From Octopus bimaculoides (Eukaryota): a DNA stretch of 64,000 nucleotides. Below the pieces are notes generated by a model that had not been told where the DNA came from, ran no database searches, and was given only the letters and a program-made list of their open reading frames with translations. Position numbers and translations under genes: made by a program. Shown here in pieces: positions 24,035-37,430 of this stretch (position 1 is the stretch's first letter; every line of letters begins with the position of its first letter). The DNA is taken from assembly GCF_001194135.2 (NCBI RefSeq), contig NC_068981.1, positions 125,456,422 to 125,520,421 of the forward strand. The letters are read 5' to 3'.

Positions 24035-24190
24035 AGATGTGCATCTTACTGTTTTTGTCTACCAAATCCACTCACAAGGATTTGATTGGCCAGAAGCTGT
24101 AGTAGAAGACACTTGGCCAAGGTGTCATGTAGCAAGATTGAACCTGAAACTATGTGGTTAGGAAGAAAACTTCTCAACCACACAACCACA
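24035..24190 (-). mobile_element. SINE family B head (CORE-like)
   Basis: Reverse complement of GTGTGGTTGAGAAG..CCACATAG..ACCTTGGCCAAGTGTCTTCTACTA..GTGAGTGGATTTGGTAGAC. Confidence 0.8.
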
Positions 24191-25639
24191 CACACAAACA
24201 CACACACACAGAGATATAGATATATACATACACACACAGATATATATGCATATACACACACAGATAGACACACACACACACACAATTCAAAATTAATGAA
24301 AGATTTGTGATATGACAATATTTTACAATTCTTTTTCTTCAGTTTGAACTCTGATGATGTAAAAAGCATTATCAAATCATAGAGGATAGTCATGTGCTTC
24401 TATGTTTCAGCATTTCAACCTTTAAATATAAATATCTCTATATCTAATGTTATTAGTATTAAGGATTAAGCATGTGATTTGTATTCAGAACACCTGGTAG
24501 CATAATTCCTTCATAGAACATAAAATTATATATGTTGAATTTACCATGAAATTTGCCAGAAATGGTGAAACTGTTTTTCTACTGAATATGACACATTAAA
24601 ATGAATTATTATGTATTTCCTTGCTCATTATCTTAGCTTCAGTTCATTAATGGCATCATAAAAATAAATTGTTTGTTCATATTTGATACTTCTCCTGTAT
24701 TAAATGGAAAAGTCAATTTTTTTTCACAATATTTTCTCTAAAATCAGCAACTAACCATCTAAATTTACAACTTAAATAAAATTAAATCAATACAGAAAAT
24801 TTGATAAACTGCATTTTCTCCTGAGTGACATATTTTCACCAAGCTAATTATAATTAACGTTGTTCTGTCACTAAACAATAGGTATTCGAATTTGTTTCAG
24901 ACCACATACTGGGCATGTAGATTGTTTAATCAGCTCCAGGAAACCCCTAATTGCAGTTAAAGTTTGTAATTTCCATGTATCTCCTACTGCAGGAGCCAAC
25001 TGCAAATGAACAGAACGAACTATTCCAATTAATCATTACAAAGCAAAAGACCACACATTTGTAGCTAATTGGCATCAAACTTAATATAGTAAAAATGCTA
25101 TTTTATAAACTCCAGATGTAGTATGCAAATTCTTTATTGATAACAGGGTTGCTTTGCATACAAATGCTCTAAAAAACAATAATAAAAAATATACAAAACA
25201 GAATGAAAGAATGTAAATATGTATAAAATAAAAGAAAGAGGTTCATGTAGAAATATACCTAAAATGCATAGAAGTAATGAGATATTATTTTGTTTTCATA
25301 CTATGCTGTTTTCCATTTTTACACAAAAATCAATTCTACATCACTGTCTAATTTTGTAAAATCTCAAGGTGTGTTCCAATTTTAATTACATGTTAGGAGT
25401 TGGGAATGGTATGGACTTCAAGCCACCAGCAGAATAATTAACTAATTCCAATTATTTATTGCTCAGAGGCTGTGTTTTCTTTTTATTTTTTTCATTAGAT
25501 ATATTTTATTATATAAAACAAAAATATTACATTTATCTTCCTGAGTTCCTCTTGGGCAACTTGATAAACTTTCTTCTCATGTTCACAATCAAGCAAGAAT
25601 CAAATGTAACATTCTTCAAGTGGTTGCAACTAAAATGCA

Positions 25640-26010
25640 GTTCCCCAGGTTGCACCAAGAATCTCTGTCCCTTACAAGCTTTGGTGGGTCCTCATTTTCA
25701 TTTTTGCTTGTCTCTGCCTATAACATCAAAGCACTTGAGTAGACTCCATCCTCTATTATAGTGTAGAAGTCTCTGAAATACATCTGATATGGCCTGATGC
25801 TCAGCACAATGCCAATACTACTGGCTAGTAAAGCCTACCCTTTGTTGAGCACTAATAATACAGAAGAGTAGAATGTATCCATAACTTTCCTCTTTAGTCT
25901 ATTGTTCATGTCATGAGATATTTTGAAGTCTCATATCATCAAGTTGATATTGAAACTTTTGTCATAGTCCAGATTTCAGCTCTATAGAACATGCTTACTA
26001 TGCAATAAAA
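25640..26010 (-). mobile_element. Degenerate RTE-type LINE, RT C-terminal fragment
   Basis: Minus strand SMFYRAEIWTMTK matches the LLYGAE.WT.TK motif. Confidence 0.5.
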
Positions 26011-26319
26011 TGTAAAATATGATTTAAAGATTTCTAGCAGTCACAAGGGGTGTTCTTAAAGATTACTGGTAAGCTGTAGCTTCATAACATTATACGGAAA
26101 AAGGATAAATCTTCCTTGTATGCTAGTCTATCTCAGATAATACTTCCTGTTACCAACAGTAAGTGTGCTTCATATACAATGGAACAACTACAGATTTGAA
26201 CCCAAGATCTGTGACCTGAAAGAAATGAGATGGTATTTTGTTATTCTTTTACTGATTTTAGTCAATGGGCTGTGATCATGCTGGGACACCATCTTCTAGG
26301 GCTTGGCAAAAGACCCTCT

Positions 26320-26601
26320 CCGATCACGAATGACCATGGGATTATACCTAGAAAGTTATCCTCCAAGGTACAAGTCTGGGCAAGGTTGTTTGTAGAAGAC
26401 AAGCAGTTGCCCATGCATACCGGCCTCCTCTCTCCATGCCATCAATGTTATCCAAGAGAAAGGCAAAGGCCAATACAGCTTGGCACCAGTGACATCGCAA
26501 CTCATTTCCAAGCTGAGTGAACTGAAGCAATGTGAAATAAAGTGTCAAACTCACAACTCCAAGATTGTAAGCTCAATGCTCTAACCACAGAGCCATGTGC
26601 C
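26320..26601 (-). mobile_element. SINE family E
   Basis: Same body as 18150-18480 (GGCAAAGGCCAATACAGCTTGGCACCAGTGAC). Confidence 0.85.
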
Positions 26602-26672
26602 TTAGTTAGTTACTTATTTCATACGTCTCTATCTATCATGCAATTTTACTTGAATAACATTAACTGTTGAAT

Positions 26673-27520
26673 AATAATAATAATAATAATGATAATAATA
26701 ATAATCCTTTCTACAATAGGTACAAGGCCTGAAATTTGTGGGGAGAGGGTAAATCGATGACATCGACCCCAGACTGGTACTTAATTTATCGATCCCAGAA
26801 GGATGAAAGGTAAAGTCAACCTTGGCAGAATTTGAACTCAGAATGTAAAAACGGGCGAAATACTGCTAAGCATTTTGCCCAGTGTGCTAACAATTCTGCC
26901 AGCTCANNNNNNNNNNNNNNNNNNNNNNNNNNNNNNNNNNNNNNNNNNNNNNNNNNNNNNNNNNNNNNNNNNNNNNNNNNNNNNNNNNNNNNNNNNNNNN
27001 NNNNNNNNNNNNNNNNNNNNNNNNNNNNNNNNNNNNNNNNNNNNNNNNNNNNNNNNNNNNNNNNNNNNNNNNNNNNNNNNNNNNNNNNNNNNNNNNNNNN
27101 NNNNNNNNNNNNNNNNNNNNNNNNNNNNNNNNNNNNGCATGCTAACGATTCTGCCAGCTTGCCACCTTAATAATAATAATAATAATCCTTTCTACTATAG
27201 ACACAAAGCTTGGATTTTGTGGGGAGGGGGATAGTTGAGCACATCAACCCCAGTACTCCCGAAAGGATGAAAGGTAAAGTGGACATCGGTGGAATTTGAA
27301 CTCATACTAACAGGAGAAATACAGCTAAGCATTTCGTCCAGCGTGCTAATGATTCTGCCAGCTCACCACCTTAATAATAATAATAATAGCAATAATAATA
27401 ATTCTTTCTACTATAGGTACAAGGCCTGAAATTTGTAGGGCGGGGTAGTCGATTACATCAATCCCAGTGCACAAGTGGTACTTGTTTTATTAACCCCCAA
27501 AAGTTGACTTTGATGGAATA
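26673..27520 (-). mobile_element. Tandem array of at least 4 family A SINEs separated by (AAT)n
   Basis: The unit AATCCTTTCTAC..GGATGAAAGGTAAAGT..TTCTGCCAGCT..CCTT-(AAT)n recurs. One copy spans the gap. Confidence 0.88.
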
Positions 27521-27927
27521 TGAGTAATAAAAATAATTATAATATCTGATCAAGATAAGACACAGAAATGTGAAGAACATTTAAATATAACAATCAATCA
27601 CAGTAAAGAAATATTGATTTGTTTTCAACTAGACATAAAGCCAATCACAAAGAGGAATGAAAATCAAGCTGACCACCCTGGCAGAGTTTCGAGATAAAAT
27701 GTCGCAAGATAAAATGTCGCTGAAGGATGGGTCTTTGGATTAATTTATACCTGCATTCCCAAATTAGACTTCTTTCCAAATTGCTGCTGGAGCTCATAAG
27801 ACAAACCAAATTTTCTTTTTTTTTTACCAGCATATGAGAAAAAGGTAGTGTGAATGAGAAATGACAACCATCTCAATAAGTCATTACTTTTGAAATATGC
27901 CAAGTTTTCATGTATATTCATGTACTA

Positions 27928-28067
27928 TTCTTTTATTCCTTTACATCTTTCAGTCATTTGACTGTGGCCATGGAGGCACCACCCTGAAAAATTTTTAGCC
28001 AAGTAAATTAACCTCAGTACTTATTTTTTTAAGCGTGGTACTTATTCTATTTGGGCTGTATTGCCCA

Positions 28068-28100
<33 letters not shown>

Positions 28101-28205
28101 GATGGGTTTCTTTCAATTTTCAACTGTGAAATCCACTCACAAGGTTTTGGTTGGCCGTAGGAGACACTAACCCAAGGTACCATGCAGTGGGACTGAACCC
28201 AGAAC
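27928..28205 (-). mobile_element. SINE family B
   Basis: TTTCAGTCATTTGACTGTGGCCATGG tail, (CA)n, then AATCCACTCACAAGG..GGGACTGAACCCAGAACC head. Confidence 0.8.
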
Positions 28206-28553
28206 CTTTTTCATCTTTTAGTTAGGATGGAAGGGCAGTGCTCCTGACATTTTAAAGAGCATGTGAGATATGTAAGAGAATGGGAGGAAGAAAGCCATCC
28301 TTAATCAGGAGACAAGGTCCGAATGTTTGCAACAGAGTGGGCTCCGTTAAGGCACAAAAAATACCACAGTGGTATTTAGTACTCCAAGTAAGCCATGAAT
28401 TTGGTCTCATAAGATCAAAACATTTTCTGAAGTAGTTTCGTATATTTGCTGAAAGGATCAAAATGATATCAGTCAGTTAGCTATTACTGTCCTTTCTCAT
28501 CACATTAGTAGTTTTAATAACGCATTTAATGTTTGGCTCATTAAATGTTAACA

Positions 28554-29040
28554 TAGGTGCAGGTGTGGTTGTGTGGTAAGAAGTTTACTTCCCAACCACA
28601 TGGTTCTGGGTTCAAGTGTCTTCTACTATAGCCTTGGGCCGTGTGCTTGTGTGGTAAGAAGTTTGCTTCCCAACCACATGGTTCTGGGTTCAACCCCACT
28701 GCATAGCACTTTGAGCAAGTGTCTTCTACTATAGCTTTGGGTCGACCACAGCTTTGTGAGTGGATTTGGCAGATAGAAACTGAAAGAAGCCTGTCGTATA
28801 TGTGTGTGTGTGTGTGTGTGTGTCTTTGGGTCAGTATTTGTCCCCAACTACCGTTTGACAACTGGTGCTGATGTGTTTATGTCACTGTAATTTAGCAGAC
28901 TGGCAAAAGCAAGACTGATAGAATAAATACCAAAGCTTGAAATAAAAATAAGTACTGAGGTCTATCCATTCAACTAAAGATTCTTCAAAGCAGTGCCCTA
29001 GCATGGCCGCAATCTAATAACTGAAACAAGTAAAAGATAA
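28554..29040 (+). mobile_element. Full SINE family B with duplicated head
   Basis: GTGTGGTAAGAAGTTT(A/G)CTTCCCAACCACATGGTTCTGGGTTCAA occurs twice, followed by (TG)n and the GCATGGCCGCA..GAAACAAGTAAAAGA tail. Confidence 0.88.
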
Positions 29041-29165
29041 AAGTATCATTGAGCTATCATGGTCCTTTCCTCATCACATAAGTAGTTTTGATTGGATATT
29101 TAATGTTTAACTCATTTAATGTTAACACGAGTTTAGCTTAACTATTTTTTTTTTTATATAGACAG

Positions 29166-29174
29166 CACCTCTGA
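29166..29174 (+). CDS. Candidate 9-nt microexon
   Basis: CTTAAC branch point, T11 tract, TATAGACAG acceptor, exon CACCTCTGA, GTAAGT donor. Signals only; an alternative AG lies 4 nt upstream. Confidence 0.28.
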   Translation, partial: HL

Positions 29175-29944
29175 GTAAGTAACCTTGCTGACTTATTTTT
29201 TGAAATACTGCATAAGTCACTTCATACCATACTTAACAAGTGTCTGCTACCTCTTACAGAAAAAGAAATATTGATTTCTTTAAATTAAGAACACAGCCAC
29301 ACTGTGTCAGAGAAAAGCACATATAATTGAATAAACTGCGCTATTCATTTCTCATGAAAAATCAAAGTTGACCCATGCAAGAGTTAAAAGTAGAAGGTGG
29401 AAGGACGATGCTAGATACTGGAAAATATCTACTTAGTCAGTTTTTGCCAACATCTTACTCAAGTATTCAATGGAATCATTAATACATTAGTATTTTATAG
29501 GAAAACACTTAATGGTGATCCTATAATATCAAAAATAATAGATGTTTTCTTTTCAATTCAAAATAAGTATGTAAACACATTCAAAATTACTGCTTTTATT
29601 CAAATGCAGTACATTTCCTTTTCTACCTTCAAAAAAATCGTTTAATTTCCATTCTAACTAAATGAAAACATAAATGTCACTTGTATTTTTATTAAACTAA
29701 AAAGAATTATTACTTAGTTCTAAAAATATAAAATCATGAAATTAATATAAAAGTTACCACTTTTTCAGATATATTCAAATCTATTGACTATGAGTTTTTT
29801 GAGGGTTTTTTTTTTTTTACTGTTTTCCATTAAGTATACAGTCTGGCTTTTACAATGTAAACAACGTTTATTTAAAATCTGTGTAAATGTGCAAAATTGT
29901 CTATATATTGTTTGTCATTGTGATGAAAATTTTAAAATATTTTA

Positions 29945-30050
29945 AATGGTCGATTGGCAGAAGGAGTACAGTGACAAACAAAATGCCTCACAGTATTCAG
30001 TTCAATCTCTTTACATTCTGAGTTCAAATCCCACCAAAGTCAACAAAAGA
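29945..30050 (+). mobile_element. SINE family A head (further degenerate copies at 30705-30835 and 32385-32520)
   Basis: TTGGCAGAA..CAAAATGCC..TTCTGAGTTCAAATCCC. Confidence 0.65.
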
Positions 30051-31070
30051 TATACTCAGTTCACACAGACTGGTGATTTTTTTTTCTGCTGTTGTATGAG
30101 CCAGATGACAAAGGATTCTAGTAGGAAATAAAACACTGTGAAAACCATCTCATCGAGGGGGAAAGTAGATGCATGATGATGACAATGAGGAGGATAATTC
30201 TTGGATAAGATAATTCTATTTCACCACTGTAAATTAAATTACCATGTTAATATAAACTATTTTCAATTGAGCCAGCAAGAGACTCTTTATGTGATTGCCA
30301 GACTTGCTAGAAACAGCAGCCAAAACCCCTTAAACCACCATATCCAACTATCTTACAGGAAATTGCTCAACTAACTCAATTAGAGCAGGTAAATCTCTCC
30401 TTCCAGCAAACTCCAAACCATATTCAAAATATCTCATCTTCACCCACTTATTCCTGGGAGGGTTATGATAGGGAAAATGAGCTGAATGGCAAAGATACGA
30501 CCCATGGCAAAGGTGGATCAAGCCTCTAATTCTTCACCTCATTCTAAAAATCAGTTTACCATCCACGGCTACAAATAGGGACCCTATCAGATATTAATCT
30601 GATAAGAACAGAAAACTGAAGTATTGGACAATGTTCTCACAACAAAAATAGGACAAACAATTTGAAACACAGATCAAATGTCTTATCCTAGTAATTAACA
30701 AAAATAGCAAACTGGCTAAGTTGTTAGAACAATGGAGAGAATGCCTCCCTGTATTTTATCAGACTCTACACACTCTGAGTTCAAACTCTGCTGATGTCAA
30801 CTTTGCCTTTCATTATTTCAGTGTTGATAAATAAGCCCAAATGCAGGGCAATGGATTGGTGAACTATATGAATGCCTGATTGGATGCCTTGCAGTATTTG
30901 GTTAGATGTGTCAGATCTTTGTCTCCCAAGCACAAACCCCAACATGGTCTACTCAAGTGGTAGACTTAATTCATTACCTAGTTCAACACCACCACCTGGC
31001 ACTCTACACTTTTGGTGCCTTTAGTGGAGTCCATTTTGTTCCAAGTATTTGGGTCAGATCTCCACTTTAA

Positions 31071-31257
31071 CCCTTTAGTGTTCTGGTTACTTTGTTAAAT
31101 GTAATGTTTATTTATTCACACTGTTTTGAATTAATCATGCATTATCTCAGAACTGTGAGGTTTTGATTATTTTTAGAATGACATTGTAGGGTAGGTGTGA
31201 TAGGCCAAAGAGGTAGAATATTTTGGCCAGATATGGCTGGTTTAAATGCTAAAGAGG
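31071..31257. mobile_element. piggyBac-type MITE family 2
   Basis: TTAA|CCCTTTAG...TGGCTGGTTTAAATGCTAAAGAGG. Reverse sister copy at 63243-63434. Confidence 0.8.
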
Positions 31258-32656
31258 TAAGGAGACCTCCCTCCTACCAGTCTCAGAATTTCTAGAAAGT
31301 ATCATGAGCACTATTCTTCCGTCCTCACTGAAAGAGAAAAAAGCTCTATAATTTTGACAAGAGATAAACAAAGATCCAACAATAATTTTCAGTCTTTTCT
31401 TCTCCCACTATGTTACAGAATTTCAAGTAAAAATCACAGCCCTGACTTGTAGTGGAACAAATAGAAGCTACAATGGTTTGCATATTTATTCTTAATACAT
31501 TCAGGCAGATTTAAATGCAAACATGCAAGTGGCTGTTGTGTACATCACATAACTTTTCCCTTTTATGACAACAGTGTGTTCATAATACACTTAGTTTATT
31601 GGTACAAGGGATTCTGAAACACCTTGTGTTTCCTCATGCTGTGTTGCACAAGTTAGAAGTAACTTAACAACCCACAGACTGATTATAACTTCAGCAAACA
31701 ACTGTTTTCTGATCAGTGCTTATATCTGCCAACTGATAAAAAATATCATTATTTGCACTGTGTACTGTGAAATCTGAAATGATTTCCATATTTATTTTAG
31801 AATCTTAGATACAGTATAAATCAAACAAGTGAAAAAGTAATAAGATTTTAAGATCTACATTCTTCCAAGTCGAAGGGAAAATTCTGAGATATTATTTTGA
31901 ATTTCCAATAAATCAAAATCAATGATGCATATTTCATTTAAAGTATTGCTCACAACACATGCCAGTAGATTAAATTGCCACTGTGATGTCCCTGTATTTC
32001 AATGCTAATTAACTCACAGAATGGAAATTAATTCATTGAAAGAAATTTAGACATTTAATGTATTTATGCATCCATCACATTTTAATTACATCTACACTCA
32101 TTGGCATTAGATCATTTACTATAACAAGTAATAAGTGAAATGAAATTATCTAATCACAGCACTGACAGTTTTTGCTAAAGGTTAACTTTGAGAGTAAAAT
32201 GAGACTCCTGTATTGATAATATGAGGTATAAAGTAATTCAGCCTGAGGACATTTTCATCAGGCTCATCTAATAGAAATGAAGTTAAGCATGTTGGCAAAT
32301 TTGTCTTAAGTTCAACACCTCTTAAGGGTGCCTCCAGAACATAATTTGTTGGAGATTTAAAAATGAGATAGCAGGTGAATTTCTTACATGGATTGGCAAT
32401 ATTGTTTAGAGCATCAGACAAAATGCTTTGCAGTATTTAGTTACAGTTCATAAGTTCTAAGTTCAAGTACTGACAATCTAAACTTTGCTTTCACCCTACT
32501 TCAGGGTCAATATAAGAAAGACTAATTAAATATTTAAGTTTAATAAACTGTAATTTTGCCTTCTCACCAAATTTGTTATTGTCTTTCTGTTTGTTAGAAC
32601 TTTTTATTCTCTCTCCAAAATCATGGCCTTTTGTGTATATGTATGTGTGTGTGTAT

Positions 32657-32719
<63 letters not shown>

Positions 32720-32898
32720 NNNNNNNNNNNNNNNNNNNNNNNNNNNNNNNNNNNNNNNNNNNNNNNNNNNNNNNNNNNNNNNNNNNNNNNNNNNNNNNNN
32801 NNNNNNNNNNNNNNNNNNNNNNNNNNNNNNNNNNNNNNNNNNNNNNNNNNNNNNNNNNNNNNNNNNNNNNNNNNNNNNGTGTGTATGTATGTGTGTGT

Positions 32899-33184
32899 GA
32901 GTGGCGGACTGGCCAGGTTGCCAGCTTACCCAATGGCAAGTGGGCCCCTGCACCATTAGAATCCATATATGGGGGCCCAAGTTAGTATTTAAGGGGCCCA
33001 CCCCTTTAAGTTTGAGAATTTCTCATTCACTCCTGGAAGAATGCATTAATTATTTCAGCCTGGCTGTGTTTGTAGACAGTTGAAAAGAATACTTTGCATA
33101 AAAAAAAAAATGATAGCATTGTAGTTGCATGTGGGCCCCCTTAGTCTCCTGACAACCGATATTTTTAGACCCAGTTCGCTACTG
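32899..33184. mobile_element. hAT (Tip100/Blackjack-like) MITE
   Basis: TIRs (G)AGTGGCGGACTGG and CCAGTTCGCTACTG, with internal GGGCCC motifs. Confidence 0.6.
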
Positions 33185-33522
33185 TATATACTTATCCAGG
33201 GAATGTTCAGAAGTCAGAGAAAAGAAGATACTCAATATATATTAATACAGTATTATATATTAACGATTTATGACATTGCTTGTATGACAATGCTCATTTA
33301 CAGCCATCAAGTCGAAACAAGGATACACATACAAATACACACAAGCATGTACCCCACTTCCACCCCGCATATACATACATACAAATTAAGGTTTTTTCTT
33401 GGTTTCCATCGACCAAATCTGCTCAATGGGACTGAACCTGAAACCACATGGATGCAAAGCAAGTTTCTTAACCACACAGCCATGCCTGCACCTATATTTC
33501 CATATATCATCATATTTACATA

Positions 33523-33750
33523 TCATCATCACCATCATCATGCAATATCCATTTTTCATGCTGGTGTAGGCTGGATGGTTCAAAAGTTCAAAAGGGTCCA
33601 ACTAGACAGAGGACTACATCAAGCTCCAATGTCTGTTTCGGTATGGTTTCTATGGTTGGATGCCCATTCCTAATGCCAACCACTTTAGTGAGTATACTGA
33701 GAGTTTTCTTTTTTTCCATGACATCAGCATTAGTGAATTCACCTTAAAAC
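33523..33750 (-). mobile_element. Family D repeat (RTE-type tail ending in (GAT)n)
   Basis: (CAT)n, TTTCATGCTGGTGTAGGCTGG...TGGATGCCCATTCCTAATGCCAACCAC. Related copies at 35515-35770(-), 38355-38495(+), 39414-39590(-), 48356-48512(+), 60215-60360(-) and 60500-60726(+). Confidence 0.75.
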
Positions 33751-34203
33751 TTTCAAAACAAACTGCCTACAAAGGCCCCTCCCCAAGAGCTGAAACATAG
33801 AAGAGGGGAGTGTGATGATTGTAGGTGGGGTGGAGAGAGAGGATAAAATAAACTGAGAAGAATAAATAGTTGTGAAAGGGTAGTAGGGGACAGTGTAACA
33901 AAGTAGACACTATAGATGGGAAGGGAACAGTGTTAGGGGTCAGTGAGAGATTGTATAGTAGAGTCCAAGGCCATCCCACATTATAAGGGCATGTATGGAT
34001 GGAAGGTGTGAAGGTAAAGGAAGGAGTATAAAAGAGAGAAATTAAAAGATCAGACTGGTAAATATCTGGAGACATTGAAGGAAGAAGAAGTGTAGAGTTC
34101 GAGGAGAAGATTAGAGGGAGTTGAGTCAATAACGAAGCTGTGGGGAGAGAGTAATATAAAACAAGCAGAAAGTAAGGGAACAGTATTATATTACATATAT
34201 ATA

Positions 34204-34590
34204 TTCTTTTATTTGTTTCAGTCATTTGACTGCAGCCATGCTGGAGCACCGCCTTTAGTTGAACAAATCGACCCCAGAACTTATTCTTTGTAAACCTAGT
34301 ACTTATTCTATCAGTCTCTTTTGCCAAACTGCTAAGTTATGGGAACATAAACACAACAACGTCAGTTGTCAAGAGATGGAGAGGGACAACACAGACACAC
34401 AAACACACACAGACACACACATATATATACACGATGGGCTTCTTTCAGTTTCCGTCAACCAAATCCACTCACAAGGCTTTGGTCGGCCCAAGGCTATAGT
34501 AGAAGACACTTACCCAAGGTGCTACACAGTGAGACTGAAACAGGAACCATGTGGTTGGGAAGCAAAACTTCTTCCCACACAGCCACGCCT
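34204..34590 (-). mobile_element. Full SINE family B
   Basis: TTTGTTTCAGTCATTTGACTGCAGCCATGCTGGAGCACCGCC tail through to the CCATGTGGTTGGGAAGC..CACACAGCCACGCC head. Confidence 0.9.
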
Positions 34591-36799
34591 GAGGAGAGAC
34601 ATGAGAAAAAATAGGAACCTCTACACAGTCGCTCAAATTGCTAGAAATAGCAGCTAAACTTCCTCGAAATCACGCTCCCTGAATAAAAAATAATTTCTTG
34701 GATTTTATATACTAATGAACTCACTGATATATAAAAAGACAGGATGGTCATGGATGGACCGTCGTTTATCATAGGTATATGGAATAAAGCTGAAATGGGG
34801 TTAAACAACAATAATCTCCACAAACATTCTATTTTACAGTTTATAATACAATTCCTATGTAAAGATGGTATTTTACCTCTTTCTTAATTTCAAGAATTCT
34901 TCCTTGAAATTGCAGTATATTTCTCACTTTAGTTTACCATTTTCTTTTTTAACGATTACATGAGCATTGAGTATATTACATATGAAAATATAGTTCCTCA
35001 CAAACTACGCTTAGGACTAGACTTGAAACTTTTTCTTTTAAATATATTACGTTTCGAACAAAATATTTCTAATTGAAGATTAATCCAAGGGAAATAACTT
35101 TTATGTCTTATCTTTAGAGTTTTTTCCCTTAGACAATAAAGGAGTTGAAACTGTATGCATGTTTACATCAAAAATTCTCAGCTTCTTGGGTTAGTTGACT
35201 GCCGTTTTTACCAAGTTTTTTCGTTGTTTTCTTAACCTCTAACCCAAATTCATTTCCACATCATTTAAGATCTCATTCAGATGTTTTCTTAATCCTTGTT
35301 TTACAAGTTATTGTAGTAAATTACATTACTTACTTTCAGCAGAGATTCTTAAAATATAGCAAACTAAAAGGAATCATTTATTCCTAAAGTAAAATGTCTA
35401 TTACTTAGTCAACTGTATTTCATTAGAAATCAAGTATCTTTTTCATATACTTGCCATTTTGTACAGATCTGCATTCCATTAAGTGATACACTCAAGGAAC
35501 TAGGCAGTCATATCATCATCATCTTTTAATGTTCACTTTTCCATGCTTCCATGGATGGAGTTTGTTGAAGTAGATTTTGCCACAGCTGAATGCCCTACCT
35601 GTGGTCAATCTCTCACCTGGTTTCCAAGCAAAGTAATACTGTCTGGAATATTACCTTAGCCTGACATGTTTCCATGGAATAGTGGAATCAAAAACCACTG
35701 CTTGTATGATAGTAACACTCATTTACAACTCTCATATGATGTGAAAATAAGGAGACACACACACGCACACGCACACACACACAGTAGACATGCTTCTTTC
35801 AGTTTCCATCTACCAAATCCACTCATAAGGCTTTGGTCAGCCCAGGGCTATACAAGAAAACATTCAAAAATTTGAATGCTTTAGATTTTAACATGTATAT
35901 CCTGTACATCACAGTAATTGTGGTGACATCCATGATCAAACATCTTAATATTTCTACAATGAAACAGACGAGCAGTTCCACTAAATGGAACAAATGATCA
36001 GCTATAATATTGACTCTTTGTCTTTCTTACTTTTTTTTTTTTTATGTTATCTATACTGTTATTTCTCATTAATCACACACAGCTGAATCAAAGTTGAACT
36101 TGATTACATTGGGCATGTCCTTCTATTCTACTAGTGATAAATCTTATGGAGAAGATAAAACAGTACAGGTAAAATAACAGGAAATAATCTATTGTAGTAA
36201 ATTTGAGAAGATGGATAATCAGTAATTTATCAGTAATGCAGTCACCCAAGTCAGTGCTATCCTTTCTTTCTCTCTCTCATTTTTCTGAAGACCACTTTTA
36301 ATATATAGGGATGTTGTAAAAGCAGAGTGCAGTACATGTTATAACTCTCTCTGCTCTGAACTCAAATCACATTAAAGCCAACTTTTATCTTGTCAGAATT
36401 ACATTGTTAGGTGCTTGCATGCAATGTTTTGAGAGATCTGTTCTGACACTTTTAGATTCTGAATTTTTGTAGAGTAGACTTAATCCATTACCCAATTTGG
36501 CATCACCATCTGGTCCTTGGGGGCTTTTGGCAAAGTTCACTGTAGGTCATTTCATACCAGAGACCTGGTCTGAATGCTTATAATCCCTTTCTTTCATCAG
36601 TCTTACAGAGCCCCATAGATGTTCCCATTCCTTTCCAACTATGTAGTTAGAAAAAAAAAAGATACATAGTTCAAGCTCTTTCGATGAACTTGTTAGGTTT
36701 TCCTGGTACAATTCAGTGTTTATAACATCTAATATTCACACAATCAGTCAAGATTTATTACTAATATAACCATTGTTATCACCATTAAAATGGAGTTTG

Positions 36800-37430
36800 G
36801 TAGCTAATGATAGACCAATAACTGAATACACAAGAGAAATAGTGGGATCGAAGGCAGGTTGACAGAGAAGGTAAACTTCATACATGCCATATGTAAAGAA
36901 GCAGTCAGTAATAAGAGCACATGTAAATTAGGTTCTTATAAATAACCAAAAGCCTCCTTAGAAGTAGTTGAGTGTTCTAAAAGCATTGTAATAAGAATAA
37001 GGTAGAAAAAGTTCAAGGAGCTATTAACAAATAATTTATTTCTCAAAGTGGAGAATAGATTTTATGATACATGCATACAAAATACAATCCTCCATGGTAG
37101 CAAGAAGTGGGCTTCAAATGGCAGATGATGTGTGAAGGCTAGAAAAAAATTGAAGCAAGAACGTTCCACTGGATGTATAATGTTAATGAGCATGAATAAG
37201 CACAAATAAGTAGAGAGAAACCTAGATAGAAGAGAAACTGGATGTAATGTACACGCTCTAAGTGGGTGGAATCCATGCAAGATAGAAACAAAGTAAAACA
37301 CAGGACAAAGTGGTGAAGTTTATTCTGATCTTAGGAGGCTGACCCTCATGAGAGAGACCACAAAGGACTGCAACTTGTGGTAAAGTACTGTGATGGAGAG
37401 GAGCTACCTAATCTATGCAAGCAAGAAAAA
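36800..37430 (+). mobile_element. Degenerate RTE LINE 3' portion
   Basis: Remnants of GRLTEKVNF, RIR..KFKELL, FYDTCIQNTILHGS.KW, RLEK..A and SDLRRLTLMRETTKD. Confidence 0.65.

Noticed and set aside
30357-30453. Minus-strand exon NKWVKMRYFEYGLEFAGRRDLPALIELVEQFP, or plus-strand 30-nt exon EIAQLTQLEQ
   Set aside because: The two readings are mutually exclusive and the splice site overlaps a repeat end. Plus frames show decayed RT-like words (YLIF..GYDR, NQFTIHGY). Unresolvable without a search.
32182-32300. Minus-strand exon DEPDENVLRLNYFIPH...
   Set aside because: The acceptor is good but there is no convincing donor or homology.
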